Notes: a model not told the origin generated them from the sequence alone. A stretch of 61,801 nucleotides of DNA from a virus (IMGVR_UViG_3300049914_000132:1-61801); one strand, 5' to 3'; positions 1-9,859 are shown, counted from the first letter of the stretch. A program made the numbers and translations.

Positions 1-116
1 CTTGGGATGGGTACGACCTTGGGGCTGCAACTGTTTACAAGGGGCTCTACGATCTACTTCAGAAGATCAAAGCTGCTGGAGTCTATGTCGCATTCGAGAG
101 GTACACTCCTTTTGTC

Positions 117-1013
117 ATGCCAGCTGTCTGGACTGAATACGCGATGCCCATTGCAGCTTTTGCTCTTGCGTACAATGGATCGCGAATAGTAGCTGCTGGA
201 AATGGCATTGCGTACTCTGACGATCTTGGTCATACCTGGACGAACATTGTGAGTCCTCCTGCGGGTACATGGACAGGAGCAACTTGGGATGGAGTCTGCT
301 TCATATTGGTAGGGCTGGCAGGCGCGTGCGCTATATCTCCAAATGGAACGTCTTGGGGATCGTTCTCGATGCCAACAGCGGACACGTGGTATTCACCTGT
401 CTCCTACGCTGGGACCGTCGTTGCAGTGAGCGATGCTGGAACGTCCGCTGTGTCCACCAATCATGGCGCAAGTTGGACTGGTCATAACATCATCGTTTCG
501 CCTACTCCGAAGGTGTTCACTAGAGTCATCCATAGTGGATCAAATTGGGTGGCAGTAGGCCAGGCTTGCGCCACTTCTCCAGATGGATCGACTTGGACTC
601 CTCGCGCAATTCCAGTCCTAGAAGAAGACGGAGCCTACATGGGCTTGGTCTCAGATGGCTCTAACCTCATGGCAATCGGAGCTGGGTTCATTATCCCATT
701 TCCAGATCCAGGCCCTCCATATGTGGCTATCTGCAAATGTGTCATGTCTACTGATAATGGAGTCACGTGGAGCATCGTGGCATATCCACCACCCATGACG
801 CCTTTGTCGATGGCCTGGAACGGGCATCAGTACGTTTCGGTTGGAATCCAGTCAGCATCCTTGTCGGTGGCAGTTGCAATAAATTCACCGGACGCTTCTT
901 TGTGGTCGGCCGCAGAAGTGATTGCCCACAGAATGCAAGACATCATAGCGATCGGTGACATCTTTGTTGCAGTTGGAGACCAACTTTTTGCAGCTACTAC
1001 GTCTTTGACTTGA
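117..1013 (+). CDS. Putative tail/receptor-binding protein, BNR/beta-propeller-like repeats
   Basis: Repeated SxDxGxTW-like motifs (SDDLGHTW, STNHGASW, SPDGSTW, STDNGVTW); adjacent to tail fibre gene. Confidence 0.6.
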   Translation: MPAVWTEYAMPIAAFALAYNGSRIVAAGNGIAYSDDLGHTWTNIVSPPAGTWTGATWDGVCFILVGLAGACAISPNGTSWGSFSMPTADTWYSPVSYAGTVVAVSDAGTSAVSTNHGASWTGHNIIVSPTPKVFTRVIHSGSNWVAVGQACATSPDGSTWTPRAIPVLEEDGAYMGLVSDGSNLMAIGAGFIIPFPDPGPPYVAICKCVMSTDNGVTWSIVAYPPPMTPLSMAWNGHQYVSVGIQSASLSVAVAINSPDASLWSAAEVIAHRMQDIIAIGDIFVAVGDQLFAATTSLT

Positions 1014-1029
1014 AAGAAAGGAAGCACCA

Positions 1030-2511
1030 ATGGCAAACGACCCATTCAGCAGAGAGATCATAAATGTTCGAGAGCGGCCTCTGTCAAGTGACACCAACAT
1101 AGCGGAGAGCTACCTAGACCGATCTCTGCGTGACTTCATTCGTGCTCTGCTGGCACCGGACCCGCTTGCGGTCGTGACTGGCTTCCTCAATCAGAGCTTC
1201 AAGGTTGTTGCCACGACTACGCCCAGCATGACGGTGAACATCTCTCCGGGCCTTGGGTTCATCGACGATGCTTCCGATGTGCCTACAGCAATTGGTGGTG
1301 TGCTTGGCGTGAATGATGTGTCCACGATGAAGCCTCTGCCGCTCTCTGCTGTACAGCCCATCGTGATTGACGGAGCTCCGTCTGCGGGAAACAGCAGGTA
1401 CGACATCATCGAGGTCAAGTGCGACAGAAGGTCACAGGACCCAACCTCCAGAGACATCTTGGACCCTGCAACGGGCGTCTTCGCACCAAACCTCGTCAAC
1501 AAGACGCTCGCGTTCTACCTGGACGGCAGGAACGCGCGTGTCGTTTCTCCTGCTCCTTCTACGACGGGCATAGGCTACAAGGTCGGCGTTGCAGCAACGT
1601 CAGGAACGGAAGTCGTGCCTGCAACGACGGCTGGATACGTGAAGATTGCAGAGATCCACGTCGTCAGTGGCGTGACCACGATCACAAACAGCGTCATCAC
1701 AGATACTCGGCCCGGCTCGGGCTTGGCACTACTCTTAGGGAACAATGCGTTCCTGGGAAACAACACATTCGCAGGTACGAGCATCTTCAATGCGGCTGTG
1801 ACGATTGCAGCGTCGCTGCTTCTGAGCGCTGGAGACCTAACGCTGAGCGCTGGCAACATCGCGATGACCAGGGCAGCCCTTCAGTCAATCCTGAAGGGCG
1901 GCACCGGCGGATTCGACATCGGGACGTCGATCGCGTCGGACTTGCGCGTGCTCCTGAACAACGTGGCGCAATGGACGTTCAGAGCGAGCGATGGGGCACT
2001 GCTTTCCAATAGCAAGCAGATCACCGGGTTGCCGACTCCGGTCGCGGCGAGCGATGGGGCGAACAAGGGGTATGTTGATGGGCTGACGACCAGGGCTGCT
2101 CCTGCGCTCTCTGCGACATGTGGGGCTTTTGTTACTGCTTCTGCATCCTACGTTGACGTGACTAACCTATCCGTAACGATTGTCACGCACGGCAGACCCG
2201 TCGTTGTGACTTTGGTCCCTGATGGATCAGGCAATGGTGGGGATATCAACGTAGACGGCGTTAGCGTGGAAGACACGAGAGGTGTTTTTGCTATTCTGCA
2301 AGATACCGTGATCGTACATGAGTACTCTTTAGGTTACAAAGCTGCTGCTCCAGCGGACACCGTCCTGTATCTTTTCGTCCCTCCTAGTGCGGTTAGCTGC
2401 GTGGTTGTGCCTAGCGCCGGATCTCACGTGTACAAGGTACAAGCTAAGCACATCACTTCGGGTCGAAACACTGGTGTATCACTCTGTAAGTTGTTGGCTT
2501 ACGAGATCTAG
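1030..2511 (+). CDS. Putative tail fibre / baseplate-associated protein
   Basis: 493 aa, G/T/S/A/V-rich; RYDIIEV and KIAEIHV baseplate-attachment-like motifs; DGANKGYVD fibre repeat. Confidence 0.65.
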   Translation: MANDPFSREIINVRERPLSSDTNIAESYLDRSLRDFIRALLAPDPLAVVTGFLNQSFKVVATTTPSMTVNISPGLGFIDDASDVPTAIGGVLGVNDVSTMKPLPLSAVQPIVIDGAPSAGNSRYDIIEVKCDRRSQDPTSRDILDPATGVFAPNLVNKTLAFYLDGRNARVVSPAPSTTGIGYKVGVAATSGTEVVPATTAGYVKIAEIHVVSGVTTITNSVITDTRPGSGLALLLGNNAFLGNNTFAGTSIFNAAVTIAASLLLSAGDLTLSAGNIAMTRAALQSILKGGTGGFDIGTSIASDLRVLLNNVAQWTFRASDGALLSNSKQITGLPTPVAASDGANKGYVDGLTTRAAPALSATCGAFVTASASYVDVTNLSVTIVTHGRPVVVTLVPDGSGNGGDINVDGVSVEDTRGVFAILQDTVIVHEYSLGYKAAAPADTVLYLFVPPSAVSCVVVPSAGSHVYKVQAKHITSGRNTGVSLCKLLAYEI

Positions 2512-2942
2512 AACGGTACGGAGAACTGAGCGCCTATTCTCCAATTGTGATAGACCGTATGCGACTCGATTCCGATACTGACGTACTGCCAGCCATCCCG
2601 CCAGTTGCGCGGAAGGATGATGGATACACCTGCGTGGATCACGGATGTGCTCAGCATGTACAGTGCGAGGCGTCCTTGAGACGGGCGCTCTCCTAGGAAT
2701 GGGTTTTTCTCGGCACCACGATGTTTTAGCTGCCATGATGTTTGAGACCAATCAGCGACTATCAGTGCCATAAAGGCCAGCTCTCTGATTGTGTCCCCTG
2801 TTGACCACTTGCACGACTCGGCGTCATCACCGATGCAGCCCAGCCGGAAGGTGCAGGCAGGGTCTCCCGAGCCGATACAGTTCGGTGCGGCGTACGCTGG
2901 AAGGGCGTACAGTGCCAGCGCAGCTAGGACAGCGGTCTTCAC
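2508..2942 (-). CDS. Exported/membrane protein (moron-like, opposite strand)
   Basis: GTG start after GAGGAGG RBS; signal-peptide-like N-terminus (MKTAVLAALALYALPAYA); ADWSQT...EKNPFLGERPS motif and hydrophobic segments. Confidence 0.6.
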   Translation of the reverse strand: MKTAVLAALALYALPAYAAPNCIGSGDPACTFRLGCIGDDAESCKWSTGDTIRELAFMALIVADWSQTSWQLKHRGAEKNPFLGERPSQGRLALYMLSTSVIHAGVSIILPRNWRDGWQYVSIGIESHTVYHNWRIGAQFSVPF

Positions 2943-3143
2943 GGAGCCCTCCTCGTGTTGCGCCTTGCTTCTGCCGCGACTGTGCGCCTTGCTGACTCCA
3001 TCGCTGCCGGGCACAGGTGCAACGAGCGGCACAGGTCTTGGAATAGGGCCAGGGTCATGATGTTTTGTCTCCGATCATCTCGTCAGCCTCGCGTAGCTGC
3101 TCAGCCTGCTTCGCCATCTTCGCTCTCCTTACCATATAGTAAT

Positions 3144-3159
3144 AGCACAGTTTGTGCCA
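3144..3159 (-). promoter_or_regulatory. sigma54-type (-24/-12) promoter candidate
   Basis: Minus strand TGGCACAAACTGTGCT: GG-N10-GC spacing; near-identical to the motif at 13533; followed by an AAGGAG RBS. Confidence 0.55.
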
Positions 3160-3320
3160 CTTCTCATCTCAGCAAATCCGGAAGGTTGCGCGATCATCAG
3201 ACGAGTAAATCTGCACTCAGGGTGCGCACTGATGACTCACCCCGTATGGGTGTATGCTAGTTACCTACATCTAGCGCGAGGGGGTAGATGTGGCGGGCCT
3301 ACCCGGGTTAGGATGCCCCT

Positions 3321-3764
3321 GTGCAGCTCGCGCTAACAGGAGTCCACCCAGACGGCCCAGGCCGAGCCCCAGGCGTCCCACCGAACCCGCGCGTGGCCGT
3401 GCGCTGGCCTCTAGGGAGCACGGTAGCCATCCGCCTGTCCGTGGTCTCTCAGGCCAGTGGAGCGCCTGTAGACCTGTCCCTCGGGACCGCGCCGAACCTC
3501 ACGGTCGTCCGATTCAAGGCGCGCAAGCAGCCCCTACCCCTGTATCAACCACTCTTGTTGGACATCATAGGTACACTGCCAGTGCCTTACGTACTCGGCC
3601 AGTCCATCATCACGATCACGCCTACGATGCAGCGCATGGTTCTAGAGCAGAACATTTTCCGTGCGTTCTACGATATCTGGATCACCCTCCCAGACGGATC
3701 GCACAATGCCATCATTCCGACTTCACCACTTTACTTCGAGCCTGCTGTGACAGAGTTCTTCTGA
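3321..3764 (+). CDS. Hypothetical virion protein (BppU-like beta fold)
   Basis: 147 aa, beta-strand-rich, PVDLS...FYDIWIT pattern; between tail and lysis genes. Confidence 0.4.
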   Translation: MQLALTGVHPDGPGRAPGVPPNPRVAVRWPLGSTVAIRLSVVSQASGAPVDLSLGTAPNLTVVRFKARKQPLPLYQPLLLDIIGTLPVPYVLGQSIITITPTMQRMVLEQNIFRAFYDIWITLPDGSHNAIIPTSPLYFEPAVTEFF

Positions 3765-3775
3765 TTGGAGATCGC

Positions 3776-4231
3776 ATGGACCCAACACTTCAACAGCACT
3801 CAGACATCACATTCCTTGCACTGACCATCTGGAGAGAAGCACGTGGAGAAGGGCACACCTGCAAAGTTGGCGTCGCTTGCTCGATCTTAAACAGGGTCAA
3901 GAATCCAAAGTGGTGGGGAGACAGTGTCTCTGCCGTGCTCTTCAAGAAATGGCAGTACTCTTCACTCACTGATCCGAAAGACAGACAGCTCACGACCTGG
4001 CCATCCGTTGCTGACGTACGATGGGAAGAGTGCTTGCAGATAGCCACGGCTGCTCTTGCAGGAACGCTTGTGAACCCTGTCGCAGGTGCAGACTCGTACT
4101 ACGACGTGTCTATCAGTGCTCCAAGATGGGCAAAGCCTGAGATGTTCGTTGCACAGTTGGACAGGATCAGGTTCTTCAATACAGACAATGATCACGAGCT
4201 GGACGAAACGCACGTAGCCCCTACAACGTAA
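3776..4231 (+). CDS. Endolysin, SleB/Hydrolase_2-type cell wall hydrolase
   Basis: ATG at 3776 after GGAG; LALTIWREARGEG, ILNRV and WQYS motifs. Confidence 0.85.
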   Translation: MDPTLQQHSDITFLALTIWREARGEGHTCKVGVACSILNRVKNPKWWGDSVSAVLFKKWQYSSLTDPKDRQLTTWPSVADVRWEECLQIATAALAGTLVNPVAGADSYYDVSISAPRWAKPEMFVAQLDRIRFFNTDNDHELDETHVAPTT

Positions 4232-4243
4232 AGGAGCAGCACA

Positions 4244-4672
4244 ATGAAGAAGATCAACTACCTCATGTTCACACTCGTTTTCGCCATCGCCATCCTCTGC
4301 GGATACGAGATCGCACTTGCTCAGACTGCGCCTGCACAGCCTGATGCTGGAACTCTCATCGGAACTCTCATCTCGGCAATCCAGGGAAGGAACTGGATCG
4401 TCCTGGTTGGAGTCGTTCTTTCTCTGGTGATCTACGGTCTCCGAACGTGGGGAGGCTCTATCGTTCCGTGGTTCAAGACGAGCCGAGGGGGTGTTGCGCT
4501 CACGCTCATTGTGACCATTGTCGGAACTCTTGCGACCGTGCTCGCCGCAGGAAAGTTCAACTGGAGCTCGCTGATAGACGCTCTGGCTGTTGCAATGACG
4601 ACGGCCGGAGGCTACTCCATGTTCCGCAAGCTCTTCTTCCCGGATGATGTTGCTCCTGCTGTGAAGGTCTAG
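4244..4672 (+). CDS. Putative holin (multi-TM)
   Basis: 3-4 hydrophobic segments; directly after endolysin; AAGGAG RBS. Confidence 0.6.
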   Translation: MKKINYLMFTLVFAIAILCGYEIALAQTAPAQPDAGTLIGTLISAIQGRNWIVLVGVVLSLVIYGLRTWGGSIVPWFKTSRGGVALTLIVTIVGTLATVLAAGKFNWSSLIDALAVAMTTAGGYSMFRKLFFPDDVAPAVKV

Positions 4673-4675
4673 AAC

Positions 4676-5023
4676 ATGCCTTGGGCTTCTGTGATCATCG
4701 GCTTGGTTGGTGCTCTAGGCTGGGCGTTTGGCTTGTGGCAGCTTGCGCGTGCATCGTCCGCAAAGAAGGACGTAACCGCGCAAACCAAACGAGCCGATGA
4801 CGCAGAAGCTTCATTCGCGCAGGCTTTGGCAGACAAGGAAGATCAGAAGTCCAGATACGAGAAATTCATAGCCGAGCTGAAGAAAGAGGTTTCGGCTTTG
4901 GAGGTTCTGTTCAATGCGCACGCTGACGCTGATGCTTTGCGTGACCGTCTCCGCTTGCTGCTTGATTGGCAAGCCCAAGCCAACCCCACCACAGGAGGGC
5001 TGCCTCAAAAGCCCCCTACCTAA
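4676..5023 (+). CDS. Putative i-spanin (Rz-like)
   Basis: N-terminal TM followed by coiled coil; overlaps a lipoprotein ORF in another frame. Confidence 0.7.
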   Translation: MPWASVIIGLVGALGWAFGLWQLARASSAKKDVTAQTKRADDAEASFAQALADKEDQKSRYEKFIAELKKEVSALEVLFNAHADADALRDRLRLLLDWQAQANPTTGGLPQKPPT

Positions 5024-5189
5024 CCTTCTGTCTGTTCAGTTCGCTGGTCCTACTGAAGGATGTCCCGATCCATTCATCGTGTGCTTTGACAAGGCAAATC
5101 TTGCGAAGCTGGAATCGAACATGGCTGAGATGCAGAAATACGCGACAGAAGCGTGGCTGCTGTGTGGGGCAGAGTCTTCAAAGAAGTAG
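4914..5189 (+). CDS. Putative o-spanin lipoprotein (Rz1-like)
   Basis: MRTLTLMLCVTVSAC-C lipobox-like leader, Pro-rich; overlaps 3' end of the i-spanin. Confidence 0.7.
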   Translation: MRTLTLMLCVTVSACCLIGKPKPTPPQEGCLKSPLPNLLSVQFAGPTEGCPDPFIVCFDKANLAKLESNMAEMQKYATEAWLLCGAESSKK

Positions 5190-5211
5190 CTCACCCATGG
5201 AGAAATAGCGC

Positions 5212-5712
5212 ATGAAGATACCTAGGATTCCAGCCCCTCGTGAGCGCCCTTGGGGCTACATCATCGTTGCAATCGTGATCCTTGGTTTCGTACTGGCCGT
5301 CATTTCTTGCGGCCCGATTTCATTCACTCAAGAGCCAGAAACAGTTGGTACAGTCCAGAGCGCTGCGCGCTGCACGTGCACTCAGATTATACCGCCCGCA
5401 GTTCCAACCCCTATCGTTCCGAATGACGCCTGGATCGCGCACTACGGTCTGTCGTACTGGAGAGACCCACTTGGGATCGTTCGCTTTCAGGGTTCCATCT
5501 CAAGCGCGAACGGTCTGGACGTACCTGTGACCATCATGCCTTTGGCCTATCGTCCCACAAACTACCGGTCCTTTGCTGCGTCTGAAGCCTACCCAGGATA
5601 CGTCGGGTCCGCTCGCGTCGAGGTTGACCCAGATGGAACCGTGAGCGTCACGCCGATTCGCATAGGAGCCGTGATCAGCCTGGATGGAATTTCGTATCTT
5701 GCAGCGCCTTGA
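5212..5712 (+). CDS. Membrane-anchored protein with fibre C-terminal-like domain
   Basis: TM/lipobox-like segment (LAVISC), then GIVRFQGSI..PLAYRP..ISLDGISY, typical of fibre C-termini. Confidence 0.5.
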   Translation: MKIPRIPAPRERPWGYIIVAIVILGFVLAVISCGPISFTQEPETVGTVQSAARCTCTQIIPPAVPTPIVPNDAWIAHYGLSYWRDPLGIVRFQGSISSANGLDVPVTIMPLAYRPTNYRSFAASEAYPGYVGSARVEVDPDGTVSVTPIRIGAVISLDGISYLAAP

Positions 5713-5730
5713 AGCACTATAGGGGACACA

Positions 5731-6036
5731 ATGAGACTCAAAGAACTGAGAACACTGATCTTCGGCTTTTTCTGCTTGGCGACCATAGCTGTGGTTGGAG
5801 TCATTTCATACATCGCGATTTCCTTAGCAGATCAAGCATCTGTTCCCATCATCTACATGAGGCTTTGCTTTCTCGTTTTCATGATCGTGGCAGTGGTAGC
5901 AGCCGTCTACATTTCAAGCTCTCTGAAGGAGGCAAAGGACTTCGTGTCCGAGTCAGCAAAAGCCTATGGTGAAACCACAAAGAAAATGGGGCTTGCGAAC
6001 GCGAGTGAAGCAGCCTTTGATAGAAAAGATCAGTAG
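5731..6036 (+). CDS. Membrane protein (2 TM)
   Basis: Two hydrophobic helices; GGGG RBS. Confidence 0.55.
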   Translation: MRLKELRTLIFGFFCLATIAVVGVISYIAISLADQASVPIIYMRLCFLVFMIVAVVAAVYISSSLKEAKDFVSESAKAYGETTKKMGLANASEAAFDRKDQ

Positions 6037-6056
6037 TTCAAGGTAGGAGGCACTAG

Positions 6057-6509
6057 GTGGCTACAGAGCGCTCTAACAATGAGATCAAGCACAGCATGCT
6101 CGGCGCTCTTTACGATTTCGTTCTTTCGTGGAGGCAAACTGCAACAGTCATTTTGCTCATGGCTGCTTCTGTTGGTCTTGCATCCAGGCTCAGTCCGACT
6201 TGGGATCTACGCGGTCGTGAGCTTTTCCTCACCATCGCGTTGGTTGCTGTGACGATCAAGATTCTGGTGCCACCTGAAATGAACAGAGCAGTCCGTGCTG
6301 TAACGGAGGTTCTATTGCTACAAGTACGCGCAGCAGATGCTTTCGAGAAGAGCACCATGGACAAGTTCAACAGTTCCGACACGAGAATGACTATCATGGA
6401 AGGGTCTGTAACAAAGCTGAAGGAAGAAATGCAGGCAGAGATTAACAAGATCAAGAGCCATCTGAGGAACAAGCTCCCAATCACAATGCGGATGCCTCCT
6501 GAGAGCTAA
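6057..6509 (+). CDS. Membrane protein with C-terminal coiled coil
   Basis: AGGAGG RBS; two TM segments. Confidence 0.55.
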   Translation: MATERSNNEIKHSMLGALYDFVLSWRQTATVILLMAASVGLASRLSPTWDLRGRELFLTIALVAVTIKILVPPEMNRAVRAVTEVLLLQVRAADAFEKSTMDKFNSSDTRMTIMEGSVTKLKEEMQAEINKIKSHLRNKLPITMRMPPES

Positions 6510-6686
6510 CATGGCCAGCTCTACGTCTGAGCGCGACCTGCGCGAGGCTGTGTTTTGGATTCAGCAATCCAAAACTGCGCTAGAGCTTGCAGACGCACTG
6601 CTCGTAGATCATGAAGAGGTGCGCAAAGTTCGGCGGGCTGTTCAAGACCTGACTGAGCGCACCGAGTTCAAGATCACTTACTTGAT

Positions 6687-7259
6687 CTAGAGCAGTCCTT
6701 TCTTCATTGCAGTGATAGCGGCGCCTGCTGCGTCTGCAATGTGCTCATGCAACGTAGTTCGTTTGGGCCAGACTATGTCAGGCAGGCGCTTCTTGACGAC
6801 TGCTATGATCTTCTCTTTGGAGTTCGACTTGCGCTCGTTTTGATGGTGCCAAAGCTCGCGCTTTTCCTTCTTTGTCTTGGGTGCTCTGGTCTTGCCCCAC
6901 TTTGGACTCTCCCAGCCTGGCAGTAGAGCCTTCTTGATTGCGAGAGGGCTGACGCTGTGCGTTGTTATGGCTGCGTCACTGGTCTCAAGGATGGCTGAGA
7001 GCACACCGAACGCAAGCCCTATCTTCCAGGCTGACCCTGCGTTCCTGGGTAGGCTGGGGCCCTCATAGACGATAGTGTTTGGATGCCATTCTCTGATGAC
7101 TATGTACAGCTCTTGGGCCAGACGACTGGCTCGCTCCATGCCCGTACCACCCTCTAGCTCTATGACATCTGCTGCAAGGGTTGTCAGCTTTCCGCTGCGG
7201 TCTTCGAGCACGATCCATCCACAGTGCAGTAGACCAGTGTCCAGACTCAGTATTCTCAT
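6687..7259 (-). CDS. ruvC: RuvC-like Holliday junction resolvase
   Basis: ILSLDTG (D), IVYEGP (E), HIADAAG (D) catalytic pattern; SPLAIKK motif. Confidence 0.8.
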   Translation of the reverse strand: MRILSLDTGLLHCGWIVLEDRSGKLTTLAADVIELEGGTGMERASRLAQELYIVIREWHPNTIVYEGPSLPRNAGSAWKIGLAFGVLSAILETSDAAITTHSVSPLAIKKALLPGWESPKWGKTRAPKTKKEKRELWHHQNERKSNSKEKIIAVVKKRLPDIVWPKRTTLHEHIADAAGAAITAMKKGLL

Positions 7260-7522
7260 ATGATCCTTGTGCATAGTATGTATCCAATCCGTTGCCTCAT
7301 CGTCCACCAGAAAGGCTCTGAATCTGTTCCTATCGGGTTTGGCTCTTCTGAAAACATGCCGTACTTGTGATCTCTTGGTAAGTGGCAATCCATACAAGTC
7401 ACGGCCTTGAACGTGCTTGCACCATGGTAGAGTTCTGGCTCGTAGAAGTGCTGTATCCTTGCACCTAGCCTGACCAGCGATTCAAACAAGGATTTCTTCT
7501 CTCTCATTGAAAGCTTGCTCAT
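7256..7522 (-). CDS. Small Cys-rich protein (E-x-L-x-RLG paralog family)
   Basis: LFESLVRLGARIQH...CMDC; similar to the two adjacent ORFs. Confidence 0.55.
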   Translation of the reverse strand: MSKLSMREKKSLFESLVRLGARIQHFYEPELYHGASTFKAVTCMDCHLPRDHKYGMFSEEPNPIGTDSEPFWWTMRQRIGYILCTRII

Positions 7523-7734
7523 AGACCGATCAAGTCCTTGCATGTAGTCACTGGTCTATTTTCTCGCTCAGTTTGTTCACAGATCCAGTTAAGCAATGTC
7601 TCATCATACGATGTGCCGCAGTGCATACAGCGCTTAGGCAGGGACCAACTAGGTTTTCCCTCGTAAACATGCTTGAACCTTGCGCCAAGTCTGGTTAGAG
7701 CCTCAAGTGTCAAACTGATCTCTTCAGGAGTCAT
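7519..7734 (-). CDS. Small Cys-rich protein (E-x-L-x-RLG paralog family)
   Basis: LEALTRLGARFKH...CMHC. Confidence 0.55.
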   Translation of the reverse strand: MTPEEISLTLEALTRLGARFKHVYEGKPSWSLPKRCMHCGTSYDETLLNWICEQTERENRPVTTCKDLIGL

Positions 7735-7735
7735 A

Positions 7736-7978
7736 CTAGCTGATCAACTTTCTGCAAGGAACGAATTTGTCTCTTATAGCTCGACTCCCCTCTTCGCCCT
7801 CGTAGCACCACACCCCAAGGGCGCTCCGAAATTTTATTCCACACCACATGCAGAACCGCCATTCTCGCACTGTAGGATATAGCTCTGCCCTTCGCGTAGC
7901 GAACACGTGCAACGCTGGAGCGCCTAGACGAACCAATGCTTCAAACAGCAGCTCCTTTTCTTTCAGACTGAGCTTCAT
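7736..7978 (-). CDS. Small Cys-rich protein (E-x-L-x-RLG paralog family)
   Basis: LFEALVRLGAPALH...CMWC. Confidence 0.55.
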   Translation of the reverse strand: MKLSLKEKELLFEALVRLGAPALHVFATRRAELYPTVREWRFCMWCGIKFRSALGVWCYEGEEGSRAIRDKFVPCRKLIS

Positions 7979-8268
7979 CCTTTGACGAACCCTGTTCCTC
8001 TGCACTTTGGGCATGAGATCATGCTAGCTTTCGCTTGCATCTTTGCAGCGACCGTCTTCCCGGAAGCAGTCAATCCACAGTGCTCACAGTAAACAGAATC
8101 ACGTTCGTGCAGAGCAGGACAAGCTACAAGCGCACCCTCGTCTGTGTCTGTGATGATGAAAGGCTCAGGACTCTTCGAGCCGCTGCTGCACTTCGGACAT
8201 AGCCATTCCTTGTCTGATGGCTGATACTTGGTGTGTTTTGCTATGCAGCTCACTAGTGGACGTGACAT
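7975..8268 (-). CDS. Zinc-finger hypothetical protein
   Basis: CPKC, CEHC and CPKCRGTG motifs. Confidence 0.55.
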   Translation of the reverse strand: MSRPLVSCIAKHTKYQPSDKEWLCPKCSSGSKSPEPFIITDTDEGALVACPALHERDSVYCEHCGLTASGKTVAAKMQAKASMISCPKCRGTGFVKG

Positions 8269-8272
8269 GTGC

Positions 8273-8473
8273 TTACCCCTTTGATCCGTATTTGCAGCTC
8301 CAGCACTTCATCTGTGTTGGTATCTGCTTTCCAGATCTCTCTACAACGTGGATACTGTGACCGCATTCAAGCAGGATCGTAAACCCGTCAGAGACACGTT
8401 CAACCTTCACCACGAGCCTGGTGTGCTGAGCACTTTCAGGCTGTGCAGCCTGATCTTTAGGTGTGCTACTCAT
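8273..8473 (-). CDS. Small zinc-ribbon hypothetical protein
   Basis: LECGH...CWSC. Confidence 0.45.
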   Translation of the reverse strand: MSSTPKDQAAQPESAQHTRLVVKVERVSDGFTILLECGHSIHVVERSGKQIPTQMKCWSCKYGSKG

Positions 8474-8644
8474 TCCCCAACATTCCAAGTATCTTTGATG
8501 GGTGATCGGCACAGTCAACAATTGTGCAGTTTGCGCAGCTCACTCTGCCTGTAGCTAGAACCTTACGAGCAAACTCGACTCGATTGTCTAGATCTCCCTT
8601 CTTGTTATCTTTAGCCTTCCGTGTCTTTTTCTTCTGCTCAGTCA

Positions 8645-9859
8645 TCAGTCAACCTCCACTTGCTCACCCCAATCACATGGAGCTCTCTTGTAGCGTCCGA
8701 CCAACAGCCAGATGACTCGGATGCCTACAGGAGCTTTCTCAGGACAAGTACCGTCGCCATCCGTCGCGAAGATTAGGATCTCCGGACGCGCAACTTTGCC
8801 CGGCTTCTCCGCGAGAGAAAACACAGGTGTAAAATCGGTCCCACCTCCACCTTTCATCAGTGGAATGATCTCTTCCCACCTAGTGACCTTCTTTACCTCG
8901 TGCACGTCCGCGTCTGCTGCGAGGAACGTAACAGGTGCTCCAGTTGCCTTGATAGCTCCTGCACCCTCTCTCAGGGCAGCAGTCAGCTCTTCTTTGCCCA
9001 TCGAGCCTGACGTGTCACAGACGAACCAGACCTCTGGGACGGACTTGCGCAGGGCTGGCAGGATAGGCTTGCCGACTCCGTAGCCGAGCCCTGCTTGACG
9101 CCTGGAGGGCTGGTCGTAGCGATAGTCCACAGCACCCATCTTCCAGGCGACGGCCATCTTTGTGGCCCTGGAGAGCTTCTGTTGCCATGGAATCTTCGGA
9201 GTGCCTAGCTGCTCGTCTGCCCATCTCAGGTAGGCTTCAGGCACGTTTCCTCGACTTTTGGCTGACTGAATCTCATGTGCTACCTGCTTCCGGATGCGCT
9301 CTTTCTCAGTCGCAGATCGCCCACCTTCCGCTTGCCCTTCTGGCTCGTCTGGCATGCTGTGTCCGCCTGCTGAGCCACACCAGCCCTGACCGACGCTGGG
9401 CTTGCTTGGCGCTTTGGAGTGCCCCCCTTGCCCATCGCTGCATTGCTTCCGGATGTCGTGGTAATACTGCTCAGCCAGACCGCCATCTTTCAGACCGAAA
9501 TCTGCTGGCTTGATACCCGTACCGTGCGGAAACATTGCGCCTGCTGAAATCATGTCGTCGTTGATCTCAAGGTCTCCGGCAATGTTGAAGAGTGTGTGAT
9601 CCAGACTAGCCTTTTCACAGCGCTCCGCGTGCCTTCGGAGCACGTGCCAACATTCATGTTCCAGAGCGCAGGCAATCCCGGACACATCCCACTCCTGAAT
9701 GGCTTGTGGGTCCCAGAGCAACAGCCATTCCTTTGTGACACCCACAGTCCCGAGCCCTGGAGTTTCTCTCGGCACGAGTGCGTACAGTACGCTGGACAGA
9801 TACGGTGAGCGCTGACGCGCCTTGAGCCGACCTGCCATCAGTTTCTCAATAGGCTTCAT
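8645..9859 (-). CDS. Metallopeptidase-like + VWA domain protein (MoxR partner)
   Basis: HECWH (HExxH), NIAGDLEIN, DTSGS MIDAS, GGGGTDF, TDG. Confidence 0.85.
   Translation of the reverse strand: MKPIEKLMAGRLKARQRSPYLSSVLYALVPRETPGLGTVGVTKEWLLLWDPQAIQEWDVSGIACALEHECWHVLRRHAERCEKASLDHTLFNIAGDLEINDDMISAGAMFPHGTGIKPADFGLKDGGLAEQYYHDIRKQCSDGQGGHSKAPSKPSVGQGWCGSAGGHSMPDEPEGQAEGGRSATEKERIRKQVAHEIQSAKSRGNVPEAYLRWADEQLGTPKIPWQQKLSRATKMAVAWKMGAVDYRYDQPSRRQAGLGYGVGKPILPALRKSVPEVWFVCDTSGSMGKEELTAALREGAGAIKATGAPVTFLAADADVHEVKKVTRWEEIIPLMKGGGGTDFTPVFSLAEKPGKVARPEILIFATDGDGTCPEKAPVGIRVIWLLVGRYKRAPCDWGEQVEVD

Noticed and set aside
3290-3775. 313-aa version of the endolysin
   Set aside because: The N-terminal half is low-complexity overlap with ORF 3321-3764. 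The hydrolase domain starts at ATG 3776 with an RBS.
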